Of a stretch of DNA of 64,000 nt, positions 11,601-26,076 are shown in pieces. Both the position numbers and the translations under genes were made by a program. How positions within the stretch are numbered: position 1 is the first letter of the stretch; each line of letters starts with the position of its first letter. Below the pieces are notes generated by a model that saw only the letters and a program-made list of their open reading frames with translations, did no database searches and was not told where the DNA came from. This DNA is from Octopus bimaculoides (taxonomy: Eukaryota), in assembly GCF_001194135.2 (NCBI RefSeq), contig NC_068983.1, positions 167,809,529 to 167,873,528 of the forward strand. The letters are read 5' to 3'.

Positions 11601-14600
11601 CCTAAATGTTGAAGTTAGTTGGTGACTGAATTAACATAAACAGATGCTGTAGATTGAGAGACAAAATTAATTGCAAAACAATACCATAATTACTTAGCAC
11701 GTAAACAGCAGCAGCAGCAGAGTGTATGAAGGATGTATAAGGAATGTGGTAAAGGCATTGTTATGGACATTAGATGTGGAAGATCTGTGAAGGGTTAAAT
11801 GGGATGAGTCAAATAGAATCTGATTTGATTTGTTAATTTCACTTATGTGGAAGTAAACTGAGAGAGTATTTGGAGTATCAGCGACAATAAGGGACCTATG
11901 TTGGAGAGATGACTGAATTAATGTAAATGTGTGATAGATGACTGTTTGGGTGGGGAGGGGGGGTCAATGCAAGATGATGAAGTTGTGGTGGAGAGGAGGA
12001 TGGTGATTGAAGAAAATTATAGCAGAAGAACCTTTTTTTTTATGCTTTTATTTGCTAGGCCTGGAGGAAGAGATCTTTTCTGTCCCCCAAGACTAGTGAG
12101 ATTGATTCTGTTAATGTTTCTGTTTGAAGCTTTTCTAAGTCAACAACTGTGGGATAAATATGAGCAGGTAGGGAGTTTGAGAGGGGCTGCCATTCTGGGA
12201 AGAAACTACTTGATATGAGTGTAATGCAGGGCTTTAGCTAGTTGGACACAACAAGAGTGATAAGAGGACAAGAGATATGTGGGTCAAGAATTGCTGTGTT
12301 TGTAGAGATGGTATAAGTTCAACCAGTTCAGAGGCTGTTTTAGTAGTGGTTGAGAGAGAAGACAATGTAGCTGGAGGCCACCTCGCTTGGAGTGTGTGTA
12401 GGAGGTCATCACCTTACACTTGTAGAGTGGTAATAGATTTTGGGGGCTGAAGTATCTTCTGGTCCTGAAGAGGTCATTTTGATGCAGTTTATGTCATCGA
12501 TGTAATTGGCTTCACATGTGAGATACTAAATGATGGGGATCTGTAACAATGGTGTGCTTGTGAGGCTTGAGTTGAGTGCTGCTCATATTTTAGGTGGATT
12601 GTGGTGTGATGATGTTTTTCTTGATACAAGTAACGTTTATAGAATTATGTATCAATTCATTCTCAATACATTTTAGCAGATTCAAATATGACTGTCTGAT
12701 CACTGTTGTTTTTATCATTAATGAAGGCAGATCTTAGATTCCCATTTGAGGTGATAAAGGATTGGACTGAATGGCAATAAGCTGTATGGGATTCTTATTT
12801 AAACCATATCCGAATAATGATGGGAATAATAGTGATGATGATGATGATGATGATGATGGCAATGGTTTCTTCTGATTCAGATACAAGGCGAGCAATTTTA
12901 ATGGGTGGCAGAGTAGTCAACACTATCTTCTCTGGCAATTTGTTGGTAAATTGTTATTGACTCTGGAAGAATGAAAGGCAAGTTTAGCTTCTCGGTAGGA
13001 TTTCAACCTCAGAATGTAAAGAGCTACAAACAAATATCACAAAATGTTTTTTTAAATGCTTTATCGCTTCTGCCAACTTGCTGCCTTGATAATAATCTGT
13101 CTGTGTGTCTCTATGTACCATGATTTTCATATTTCTGTACGAAACAATCATCTGCATGAATTAAAATTCTCTTATATATTTTTACATTTTCTCTTCTCCA
13201 TTTTTAACAAAATTGTTGAGTTTTATGAGATTTCTTTCCATAAATTTACAACACATCATAGATAAGTATTATTTTCATATTCGAAAATTTACGCATGTAA
13301 ATTACCAGCAAAATATGAAGAACCGATATTACAAGTTTTTGCTGGAAACTTTCAAATTAAAGGACAAATCTAATTCAACCATTTTACACACACAGACACA
13401 CATAAATAAAAAAAACCTCCTTTTGTCTCAGTGTCTGTCCCCAATGCATTCTCAAACGGCTCAACCAAATCCAATCAGGACCCTGTGGGTCAACATGCAA
13501 ATTTTGGGGGATTAAAACAATGCAACATTGGCACTGGTTCTGTATAATGTGTCAAAAAGTGAAAGAAGAACCTCTATAATGTAATGTGATATATTATTTC
13601 ACTTCTATACTTTTACTTTAAATTCTAAACATGACATCACATTTTGTATATGACTGTGTATCTGTCTGTGAATGTATGTGTGTGAGTACATGAATGTGTA
13701 TATGTCTCAGAGTGTGTGTTTTTCTGCATTAGATACGTTATTAAACATACTGTATGCTTCACTTTTACACTTGACTCTAACCATAACGACGACATGTCTG
13801 ATCGTGTACTCAGAACATATATATAAAACCTTAGATGGAGTAGTAGTTATTGTTTCACTATGTATCATCATCATCATCATCGTTTAACATCTGCTTTCCA
13901 TGCTAGCATGGGTTGGACGATTTGACTGAGGACTGGTGAACCAGATGGCTACACCAGGCTCCAATCTGATTTGGCAGAGTTTCTACAGCTGGATGCCCTT
14001 CCTAATGCCAACCACTCCGAGAGTGTAGTGGGTGCTTTTATGTGCCACCGGCACGAGGGCCAGTCAGGTGATACTGGCAATGGCCATGCTCAAAATGGTG
14101 TTTTTTATGTGCCACCTGTCCAGGAGCCAGTCCAGCAGCACTGGCAACGACCTCGCTCAAATGTTTTGGTCTCACTTGGCCTGCCGGGTCTTCACATGCA
14201 CAGCATATTTCCAAAGGTCATGGTCACAAGTCATTGCCTCGGTGAGGCCTAATGTTCGAAGGTCGTGCTTCACCACCTCATCCCAGGTCTTCGTAGGCCT
14301 GCCTCTTCCACGGGTTCCCTCAACCGCTAGGGTGTGGCACTTTTTCACGCAGCTATCCTCATCCATTCTTACCACATGCACACACACACATATATATCTT
14401 TGTTTCTGATCCCACCTCTTTCACCCTCAACCATTTTAGCAGAAAGTTGATTACTGCAATGAACAGATGCTTTCTAAAGATCACGGATTTATCATCATCA
14501 TAACTGCACACAGTTTCACATAATTTCTTAATGTGCCTTTATTATTTAGGAATCTAACCAACTCTTCTTCCTAAAATAATGGAAAAGTTGAAGAAAAAAA

Positions 14601-17600
14601 AAGACAGAAAATAATTTTTTTTCTAAATAAAGGGCAAACAGAAAGAAAATAATCAATTGATTTTCACAGTTCCTGATTGATTTCTGCTACAAATTAGTAT
14701 GACTATATATGTGTGTGTGTAAAGGGAGGAGAAAGTCAAATATTGAAATCGTTTGATGAAATCTAAGCTAAGAGCTGCAACAGGAATCTTACCTTTCTCA
14801 TATGACTTTTATAGTTGATTTTCTGTGTGTTAATATTTTTAAAAAAAAGTCCGTTACAACATACATGCATATTAAGTCAGAATTTATCTTGGGTTCTATG
14901 GCGTATACCATATTTTCTGGTATACAGGTTAAATTTTTCAGACCAAAATTTACAGACAACAAAGGTAAGTTGATTTATACACCAAGGTGACTTTAGAGCA
15001 TCAAAAATTCCATGTGAAATGGAGCAGGATTTAGATAGTGATGATATTTGAATGTTCACACAACATACTACATCAATTTGTATGTTGGAAAATATGGTGA
15101 GTGACCTACAATATTCTGCCAACATTTCAGTCTGTTATAGGTTTATCCCCTCCTGCCATCCCCAGTTGTCACTGGTATTCATTTTCAGCCAGGTGGACTG
15201 CAGCCACATAAACTGAAAAGTTTTATTCAAGAACAGAACAAGCCAACTGGTCTGGGAATTGAAACCATAGCTTTACAATTATGAACCTAACAATATAACC
15301 ATTAAGCCGTGTTGCTTCACTTTAATATATTGTGTCTATCATTGGTAAGTTTTAATGTTTCAGGAAGTAAAAGAAAATCAACTGTGTCTGTTTGCTTGTT
15401 TGTTTGTTATACCCTTTGTCTGTCTACTGGTCTATCCCGAGATCTGTATGCTACACACACACACACCCTGCACCTCTTCACCATTCTGTTTCTGAAGAAC
15501 GTGGTCTATAATTCAGTTTCTGCAGGATTTTGTTCTTGGTGGAAGAATAACAACAGGTTATATATAGTTACTAGAAAGAGAGGATTTAGTTTAGTTGTAA
15601 CACAAGAACTAGTCATGTTGCTTCTAAAGTAAAGAATGTAATGGAAGTCATTGGGTAAATTGAACTAAAAACAGTCTATAGACATGTAATTATTCAGTTG
15701 TGTATATTTATATGTATTTTTTGTTATTCCATTAGAATGGAGAAATATGGTCTGTAGATGAATGCACAAAGTGTGCCTGTGTAGAAGGCCGACCTGCTTG
15801 TAATACTCAAACATGTCCACTATTTGCAAATTGTGATACTGAAGAAGTACCTTTTGTGAGACCTGGATATTGCTGCCCCACTTGTCTAGCCAGTAGGTAA
15901 TTTCATACGTTTTTGGAATGTATTAGATCTGAAATATATTTCACTGTCTTCTCTTTAACGAATGACTTTTCTCATTCATAACCTTATGCTTTTTGTACTC
16001 ACAATATTTTACAATAATTTCTTTTTAATGTGACAATACATCTTGAATAGACACATCATCATCATTGTTTAATGTCTGTCTTCCCTGATGGCATGGTCAG
16101 ATAATTCAACAGTATCTGACAGGCCAGATGATTGCATTGACCTCCAATGTATACTTTAGCATGGTTTCTTTGGCTAGATGTCCTTGTTAATGCCAATCAC
16201 TTTACAGAATGTACTGGGTTTTTTTTTTATGTGGCACTAGCTCTAATGAGATCACCATGTAACTTGCCAGACAACACACCTTAGTAATATTTCCAGTCTG
16301 TTTTGCCATCCAATAGAATTCTGACATTCACTGCTGTCCTCAGTAACACAAAACAAAGTGGGATCTGTTGGGGCAAAGCAGTTTTGATTCAAGATTAATA
16401 AATTATCTAGGGAGTCATTTTGGCTGAAAAAATCTTAGGCAGGCAATCTGATTTTGTGTAAAACTGAGAGGTTGAGTGAACTGGGCCCACTAGCACTCAG
16501 GATATTACCATCCCTGCACATTTTCAGCTTCAACGTTTAACCTCAAATTGTTTAAATCTAACATTTTTACATCATGGCAACTGTAATTATCACAGTTGCT
16601 GGCTCAGGCTAGTCTTCTAGTTAGTCTTCATTATTCGGTTTAACTATTTGGTTTCCATAGTCCTATTGAAATACACTACATTTGTTTCAGTTAGTTTTGA
16701 AAATAATGAAGAATTTAGTCAAAATCATTTTCATCATTAAGCTGGCATTTGAAATTGAATTAACATGAAATTTTGATGGCAGTCTTTAGAAGATTCGGTA
16801 AGTTTCTGTCATAGAACCAGCAGCAGTTGCAGGCAGATCCAAAAGGATTAAACTGTATTCATGCTTATTGCAAATCCTTAGCAGAGACCCACATTGCAGT
16901 CTTTTGTAGCTATTGTCCTATACAGATGGCTGGGGAGATAAAATAGTCGCCAGTTACCTTCTTTGGATTAACTGTAGGGTGGACATCTAACAGTAAAAAT
17001 AATTGGTTGAATAAATAAGTCATCTTAACCTTTAAGTATGGAGAAATACTTAAAGCAGAGAATAAAGGATGTTGTAACGTGAGAGTGAAACACGGGCACT
17101 AGAGATAGAGAAGATTGGAAAAGACTTAAGAATAATGAAAGATTTGTTATTTTGCTCTAGATTGGTTCTGATCTCTAGCAGAATTATAGTTGGAAGCATT
17201 CCAGCTATCACCACTCCATCCTGTTTTTTTTTTATCAAACATAATGTATCTTGGAGTACATTTATCAAGTGTTTCTTTTTATTTTAAAGACAGTAGAGTA
17301 TGATGGGAGGGAATTTTGGCTGTGACTTTTAGCATACTGGTCAATCATGTATTGATTCTTTATACGACTGATTAAGATTTAATTGATAAGCCATGTAAAT
17401 CTGCAGCTTAGATTCACTTCCAGGACACGTTCCCCTACAACTTTATTTATTTTTTTTATTGTTTTGACAGAACCTTCCACTTGCATTCTCTATGGAAACA
17501 ATCATTACAGAACATTTGATGGTGCCAACATTCATTTCCGAGGAGCGTGTAATTATATTATGGCAACAAATTGTGTCAACAACGACTTTATGTAAGTTTG

Positions 17601-17729
17601 GACTATAAAAGGCATATTTCATTGAAATGGCATTTCATCTATTTTTGTTGTTGTTGTTGCTATTATTGTCATCACTTCTGCTGCTGTTGTTTTTGTGAAA
17701 GTTTCTTGGAACTTTGCATGAGTGTATAG

Positions 17730-17770
<41 letters not shown>

Positions 17771-20700
17771 TTCTCTCTTTCTGCATACACACACATCCAT
17801 GCATGTGTATGGTTTTGTGTGTGTGTGTGTGTGTGCACAAGAAAAATCTAATTTCTCTTTCCTTATACAAAATGTCATATTTTATAGTTAAATGATGAGG
17901 AACTTCAAATTTTAGTTGAATAGATCAATTTCCATCATATTAACCAACTGAAATATCTTAACCAGATTATTCCATATCACTAACTGCCTGCCATTTTTAA
18001 CTGAACAAATATATAAAAAAAAACAAAAAAACATGAAGAATATTCAATAAATTGCCAAATAAATTATGAATGAACAGTTACATTTCTCAGTCATACGCTA
18101 GTCTCTAAAACATTGTTGGGTTTCGAGGCAAATGTATATTTGTTGAGATATTCCTAATAGGTGTAGGCATGGCTATGGGGTTAAGAACTTTGCCTCCAGC
18201 TCACATGGTTCCAGGTTCAGTCCCACTAAATGGAACTTTGAGCAAGTGTCTTCTACAACAGCCTCAGGACTAACTGAAGCCACTGAAAGCAGTCCATCAG
18301 GTACATACATGTGTGTGTGTGTGTGTGTATTTTCCAGTCTGTCTATTCATATATGTGTGTGTGTGTGTGTGTTTTCCAGTCTGTCTATTCATCCTTGCCT
18401 TGCTGTCACAATCAGATATAAACGAAGTGCACCATCATACAAGTGGTATCCTTTGTTTCCAATCTTCTATGAAAACATGTCTGGCCAGGCAGGAATGTTT
18501 CCTTGCTTAGAAACAGGTGAAAGGAAAGATTCTTAATGACGTGTGGCTAATAGGGTCACACTTGGATATAGGTGTAAGCATGGCCATGTGGTTAAAAAGT
18601 GGGCTACTATTCCCCCAGGGCTAACCAAAGCCTTTGATTTGGTAGATGGAAACTGAAAAAAGCCCTTCATGTGTGTGTACACATATATAGTCCTGAGATG
18701 AGATCCACAGATTCTCCATATAGAAGACATTTAGTAGTGCTCAAAAGACTCAAACTTAGACTCCAATGTCTTTACAGGGGATCATTACACAGGGTAAAGA
18801 AAGGCTATAAGAGGGAACAGGTTGAGTAGATATAGAGGAGAATTATGCAAATAAATTAGATACATCAAATATTATATTTAATATATCTAATTTACATAAT
18901 TTGCCTATATGTGTATTTCAGTCTGTCTGTCTGTCACTCCTTATCTTGTCACATGCTAGTCGTAAATGTGTGTCACCATCATACAAGCACTATACTTCAT
19001 TTCCAGTCTTCTATGAAAAACATGTCAGGTCATGGGGAACAGATGAGGGTTGGTGACAGGAAGAACATCCAGCCATAGAAATATCTGCCTCAATGAATTC
19101 CATCTAATCTATGCAAGGGAAAAATGGACATTAAAATGATAATAAAAAAAATTATCAACAGGCGCAAGCGTGGCTGTGTGGTAAGAAGATTGCTTCCCAA
19201 CCACATGCTCAGTCCCATTGCATGGCACCATAGGCAAGTGTTTTCTTCTATAGCCTTGGGCCAACCAAAGCCTTGTGAGTGGATTTGGTAGACAGAAACA
19301 GAAAGAAGCCCAGTCATGTATATATATTTATGCGTCTATGTTTGTCCCCCCACCATTGGTTGTTAAGCAATGGTGTGAGGACAAACACAAACACATAAAT
19401 ATATATATTGGGGGTTGGCAACTAAGTTCCTGCCGTTTTCTTAAATTTAAACTTTTTAAAAGGTTTAATAAAAAATAGCAACTAATTAATCAATAATGTA
19501 TTCACCCTTAGGGTTTACAACTTCTTCCCAACGTTCAACAAAATTTTCAATACCTCGTTGGTAGAAATCACCTGATTTTGACTCGAAATATTGATCCCAC
19601 TAAGCTCTCAATTCTGCATCAGTATTGAACGAAACTCCCCGCATAACATTTGAAAGAGATCGAAAGAGGTGGAAATCCATGGGTGCCAAATCAAGAGAGT
19701 ACGGCAGGTGTGGCAGCACTTCCCAGCCATGCGTTTGAATGGCTTCCTTGGTCATATTGGCAATATGAGGGCGGGCATTGTCGTGCAGCAGAAGAACTCC
19801 ATGCTGCCGATTAGGTCTTTTCTCTTGAATAGCCGTGTTGAGTCGTTCCATCTGTTGAACATAGAGTTCTGCGTTGNNNNNNNNNNNNNNNNNNNNNNNN
19901 NNNNNNNNNNNNNNNNNNNNNNNNNNNNNNNNNNNNNNNNNNNNNNNNNNNNNNNNNNNNNNNNNNNNNNNNNNNNNNNNNNNNNNNNNNNNNNNNNNNN
20001 NNNNNNNNNNNNNNNNNNNNNNNNNNNNNNNNNNNNNNNNNNNNNNNNNNNNNNNNNNNNNNNNNNNNNNNNNNNNNNNNNNNNNNNNNNNNNNNNNNNN
20101 NNNNNNNNNNNNNNNNNNNNNNNNNNNNNNNNNNNNNNNNNNNNNNNNNNNNNNNNNNNNNNNNNNNNNNNNNNNNNNNNNNNNNNNNNNNNNNNNNNNN
20201 NNNNNNNNNNNNNNNNNNNNNNNNNNNNNNNNNNNNNNNNNNNNNNNNNNNNNNNNNNNNNNNNNNNNNNNNNNNNNNNNNNNNNNNNNNNNNGTGTCTT
20301 TGAGGTCAAAATTTCCATTTTCGAACTTGGCATACCAATCACGAGCGGTTCTTTCAGCTATGGCACCCTCTCCATACACAGCACAACTGTCGTGAGCAGC
20401 TTTTGCGGCCTTAGAACCTTGATTAAAAGCAAAAAGAAGGAGGTGTCAAAAATGCTCGTTTTTCTTAACTTGACATTCCATTTTAATGATCTGAAAATAA
20501 ACAAAAATTAACTAGAAAAAAAAAAGAAAGATTCCAAAATGATTCAAAAATAGAATTCTCAGAAAACAAAATAGATCCCAAAATTTAAATAAACGGCAGG
20601 AACTTAGTTGCCAACCCGATATATATATACACATACACGATGTGCTTCTTTTAGTTTCTATCTACCAAATCCACTCACAAGGCTATGTTCAGCCCAAGGC

Positions 20701-23019
20701 TATAGTGGAAGACACTTGTCCAAGGTTCCACACAGTGAGACTGAACCCAGAACCATGTGGTTGGGAAGTAACCACATGGTATGTTTACATCCCCGTAACT
20801 TAATGGTTTGGCAAAAGAGAACAGTAGAATAAGTACTAGGCTTATAATGAATAAATCCTGGGGTCGATTTCTTTGACTAAAGGCGGTGCTCCAGCATGGC
20901 TGTAGTCAAATGACTGAAATGTGTAAAAGAGCAAAAATGACAATTTGAAAATTCTTTCACTAATATAAGTTGCCTAGCAACCTGATACGGATAATGTTTG
21001 AGTACTTTATGCTGTGTTACAAATTTGACATGGTTGTTATCCCATCAGGACTGAAGAAGTTGTTCATTTGACAGTCCATTGCATGTATGTGAGGAATTTA
21101 ACATACCCTAGGTTTATAGCAGTCAGTTGTCACATTCAAAGCATAACACAGATCAACTTCTAAATCAAATGTCCAAGTCAGCTTGGATGATATGGAAACT
21201 TTGTACAGCACCGAACATTAAAATGACTTTTTCAGACCAATAGATATAGTTGAGTTCAGTATTGTAATTATGAAGCAATGACTTCACCGATGTCTCTTCA
21301 CTACCTTATCTTTGCTCTTGCCAATATTTGATATATTTTTCCATGAAAAGTTGCTGAAATTGAAACATTATTTCATTCTTGATAATAAAATTCAAATAAG
21401 CTACTCATATGACTATCATGTTTTAAAATCATTCTCAGTTAAATTCTCCTTGCTCTCATCCTGATAATAAAATACTAATGAGACTGTCATTTTAAATGAT
21501 ATTTTAAACTGCCAAATCAGCGAATATGCTTCCTTTTTTTTCTAAAACCCTTAGATTCTTTCAGTTATTCAATAAGACCAGGCTTTGCTGAGGTGGTTCA
21601 ATAAGACATAATTGAAGTTCTATTTTACAAATATTAGACTTCCTCCTCACTGCATGCTTCCATTTTTAATTAATTTGGAATTGACCTCCTTGCCTTTAAC
21701 ACCCAACACATCTGAAACCACCCTTGGACCTGTGATTCAAACTTTTTGTTTTAAAATGATCAAAATTAAAACGTTTTCCCTTAAAATTTCATGTTAATTT
21801 GTCCCAAAGTAACTTAATAATGACAAAGTTATTTTACCAAAATCTTTATTTCCAAATTCATTTGAAACAAAGGCAGTGTATTTAAATACTAATCTGGCAA
21901 CAAAATGGTTAAATTGTATAATGATTAACTTGAAGACTTGCCTGGTGCAAGCAAAATTAATTTTAAATGATATAATTTATTTTCTGTGGAACTTTTTACT
22001 GTTACTTCATTTTTCTATTTGGTTTTCAAGATTCTTGATGTTAGACATGTTGTTATTATTATATTGTTGTCTTGTTTTCTTTCTGATTATTAAAGGGTGG
22101 AGGTTCAACATAGAAGTTCCTATGGAACATCACCTCAGAATCTCACTGTCAGATTTGCTGGGTTGGAAATAAATCTAATACCAAATAATGGCATCACTGT
22201 AAGTATTAGTTTTGTATTCCAGACAGATATTCCCATACACCTATTGTCTGTTAAGGAAAGGTGTTTTTGTTTGTATGTCCATAATAGAGCATGAATAGGC
22301 ACCCAACCTTGTTTTGAGAATACCAGCTTGAATCTGAGAGAGAGAGAGAGAGACACAGAAATATTGAGAGACCTTATACCAATGTTGTGTGCACACACCC
22401 CACAATCCCTATTATGATATCTGAGAAGCAAAGCTTTCTTTTTAAAAACAATATAATAATTGTTGTGTTTGTTGCAATGTTTTTGGTTAGTAAAATTTTT
22501 AGAACTGAAACTGCACATAAAAGGAGAAATACATGTATATACATACATATACAAAACTGTACCCCCTCCCAAACTCCATTATTTTCTTCGATTATACTAT
22601 TATTTCTCTTTGATGCATTCCCTAATAAGAATATTGTACTACACCTACTAATAACTAATTCTGTTATAAGTATGTACATGCATGTGTATATGTATATATG
22701 TGAATGTATATATATATATATATATATATATATGCATAAATTAGCCCTGTGCACTTGGAATATCTTATAAAACTACGACGAAGCCTAGAAACATACCCAA
22801 GTAACTTAATTTTATCTCCAGATCACTACAGTACACTGAAAAGATAGAAATAACGTATGGGGTACTGCAACCTCTTGGCAAGAAACTGCAATTTTAGCAA
22901 AACATATTAAGCAACACTAATAATAAATAAAAAAACATAAACAAACTTTTGACGGTTTTATAGACATTTCAAAATTATGATGCTAGGTGTTTCCATTATT
23001 TTGTCCAACCCCTGTATAC

Positions 23020-23059
<40 letters not shown>

Positions 23060-26044
23060 GTGTGTGTGTACATATATATGTATGTATATGTATATATATA
23101 TGTGTGTGTATATATATAGGGGCTGAACAAAATCAATAGAAAAACCTTATTAACTGGAAAGTTCTATTACTTGATATGGAGTTGTTTCACCTTTGGAATC
23201 AATCACAGCTTTAATACATCCAAGTAATTGGTTTGTGCAATTTTTGAATAGTTCTGAAGAGAATTTTGTGTCATTCTTGAAGTTCATTTTTCTTTTAGTG
23301 AAAAATGTTAGAGAGAAGTGGCTTTTCACTTGCTTAAAATGCATCATAAATGCTTGATTCTATTGAGTTAAAATGATTGGGGCTGGGAGTAATCTATGCA
23401 GCCTCTTTCTACCATACAGAACAGCTAAAAGGCCAAGATAATTCTGTGATATGGCTGCCTGTGTCAGAAACACTTCTATGCTTCCCAATGAGAGCCAAAC
23501 TCTCAGGGTTGAAAGCTTCTTTACGCTTTATTCAGACATGGACTTGTGCTGAAATAAGGAAGAAGGGTAAATGATAATTCATCAAAGATGATATTATTCC
23601 ATCCAGCCATTAACCACTTCTGATAATGTAGACAGTGTGGATGGGGAACAAGAAAGGTTTAGGAGTTTGCAACCTTTCCATAGTATCTGACTTTATGGAA
23701 CTCACAACAAACTGTTTTGATTGACAAACTGGTGGTTTAACTCTGCTGTAATTCAATGGTTCTTTGACATTTTGTTATTCTGCAGTTCCTCTCTGTGAGC
23801 TTTGCTTTCCATCCAGAATCATGCTTACTAGAGCTGGTTTTACCTTGATTTCGGAATGCCAAACTGATTTTAGAGACTGTATTTCTCATTACATTAAACA
23901 GTTCAGTGACTGAAACTCTGCTCATTTGTGCTCTTCAAAAATTAGATTTGTCAAGCGTTTTAACTTATCTAAATATAAATATCTGCTAAAACAGTGGAAA
24001 ACATTGGGTTCTATCGCGAAGTACAAGGCATACATAATGCATATGCAGACTAGAACAGTTTTGAATGTATCATTACGAGTTAAAAAAATATAATTAAATA
24101 AAAAGTTGTGTTTCCATTATTTTGTGTCTCCTTGAAATTGCTCATAGTTGTAAACAAGTATGAGCAATGTCATTCTAATAGACTGCAAAATCACGTCTGG
24201 CCATAGAGAAGTATTACCTTGCTTGGAAAAAAGGTGAGAGGTGGTGACAGGAAGCGCATCCTGCAATAGAAAATCTGCATCAATAAACTCGGCCTGACCC
24301 ATGCAAATGTAGTCAAGTGAGCATTAAAGCAACAATGATGATTATTTTTCCTTTATAGGTTGATGGGGTATACACTGAGCTACCATTTGGACACAACAAC
24401 GATGTTTTTGTCGAGAAAATTAACAGAAATCTACTTCTCCAGACCAGCACTGGAATGAAGGTAGTTTGTCTTTCAAATTTTGTTGGTCATTTTTTGTTTT
24501 AGTAAAACTATTTCATGATTTATTTACTTTTAAGAACAAGGAAGATTTGTTTGTTTTTCAAGAATATTTATTCAAAACTATTGACTTTCCAACCAAGTGA
24601 TTTCAAAAATAAAGATTAATTTTTTCCAGTTCTCCACGTAAACATGTTAAGGCTGTTTGCAGTTTGATAGACTGGAAGATTATTACCTCATTTGGAAACC
24701 AGTGGAGTTTGAGAACAGGAAGGGTTTTAGACCATAGAAAACTCTGACCCATGTGTGCATGGGAAAAACAGACATTAAAACAATGATTATATATAGTAAT
24801 TATTAAGTTTGTAGCTTGAATGTGAATTGATATTTAACTAAGTTAATAATCAATATTAATTTTGCTTTTAATGTTGTATTGACAGTTAGTGTGGAACGGG
24901 GAAGGTTTTGTTGAGTTATATATCTCACAAACTTACCAAGGAAAAACTTGTGGCCTTTGTGGAAATTTCAATGGTTCCCCAGATGACGACTTGTTAACCA
25001 CCGAGGGCAAGAAGACAAGTTCACACGAGATTTTTGCAAATGGTTGGAAGGTATCTATACTTTCATTATTGTCTTTATTTTAATGAAAACAATTATCAAC
25101 TAACTTTCTGTCTTTGACTCCTTAAACATAATAATGTAACACTTTCACATTGATGATGTCAGTATAAAGAAACGGACTGTGTTTAGCTGTAAGTAATTAA
25201 TTTTTCTCTTCCCAACCCCTGCAGCAAGATGCCACTTTCTGTCTCATTTGAACCTCTTAACACCTGGCATAAACTCACCCCACTCAATACTATGACCCAA
25301 CTCGTTTGAGATACCATGCATTGCAATTTACTTGGTGACCTCACTAGCGCTATCAAAACTGCGACTTTTACTCTGTAAGGGAGGGCATCCATCCATAGAA
25401 ACCATGCCAAAAACAGGCATTGGAGCTTGGCAGATTCTGTCATGCCAGCATGAAAGATGGACATTAAAGGATGAAGATATTGGTTTGACTTGTTATACTT
25501 ACTTGCCTGAAAAAAAAAAAAAAAAAATTCTTGCAAATTTCTTTTCTCCAACTAAATGACCTTTGGTCATGTTGAAAAAAATATTTGGTTGTAAGGTTAA
25601 GAAGTTTGTTTGGCAACCCCATGGTTTCAGGTTCAGCTCCACTGTACAGCACCTTGGGTGACTGTAGTGAAAGCTGAACACTGCCTTGTGTGTGTGTGTG
25701 CACTTGTCAGTCCACCATCATTTGACAACTAGTGTCAGTCAACGTGATGCCATATAACCACAGTCTGGAACAAAAGATGAAGTGTAAATTTCAAGAAATA
25801 ACTGTATTTTTGCTTTATGTTTGCAAATAAATTGCTTTTCTGCTTCTTTACTGTTCTATTTTTTAGACAAGCATTCAACCAGAGGAAGATTGTGAAGAAA
25901 CTACCAATGTACATCCATGCAGTGAAGTTAGTCCTCGATTAAAAACTTTAGTGGAATCTAAATGTGATATTATCAAAGTAATGTATTCATTCTTTATTTT
26001 CTGTGACAGTTTAACTGGTTTCAATGTTAGTTGATAGAAGTACT

Positions 26045-26076
<32 letters not shown>

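Noticed and set aside
12490-12510. Minus-strand YIDD as a Penelope/RT active site
   Set aside because: No other RT motifs flank it; neighbouring remnants (KRGGLQL, FNHHP) look more like a badly decayed LINE endonuclease region.
22135-22770. Cluster of overlapping 63-145-aa ORFs
   Set aside because: Low-complexity, microsatellite-derived translations; only the 22096-22198 exon is supported by splice signals and domain context.
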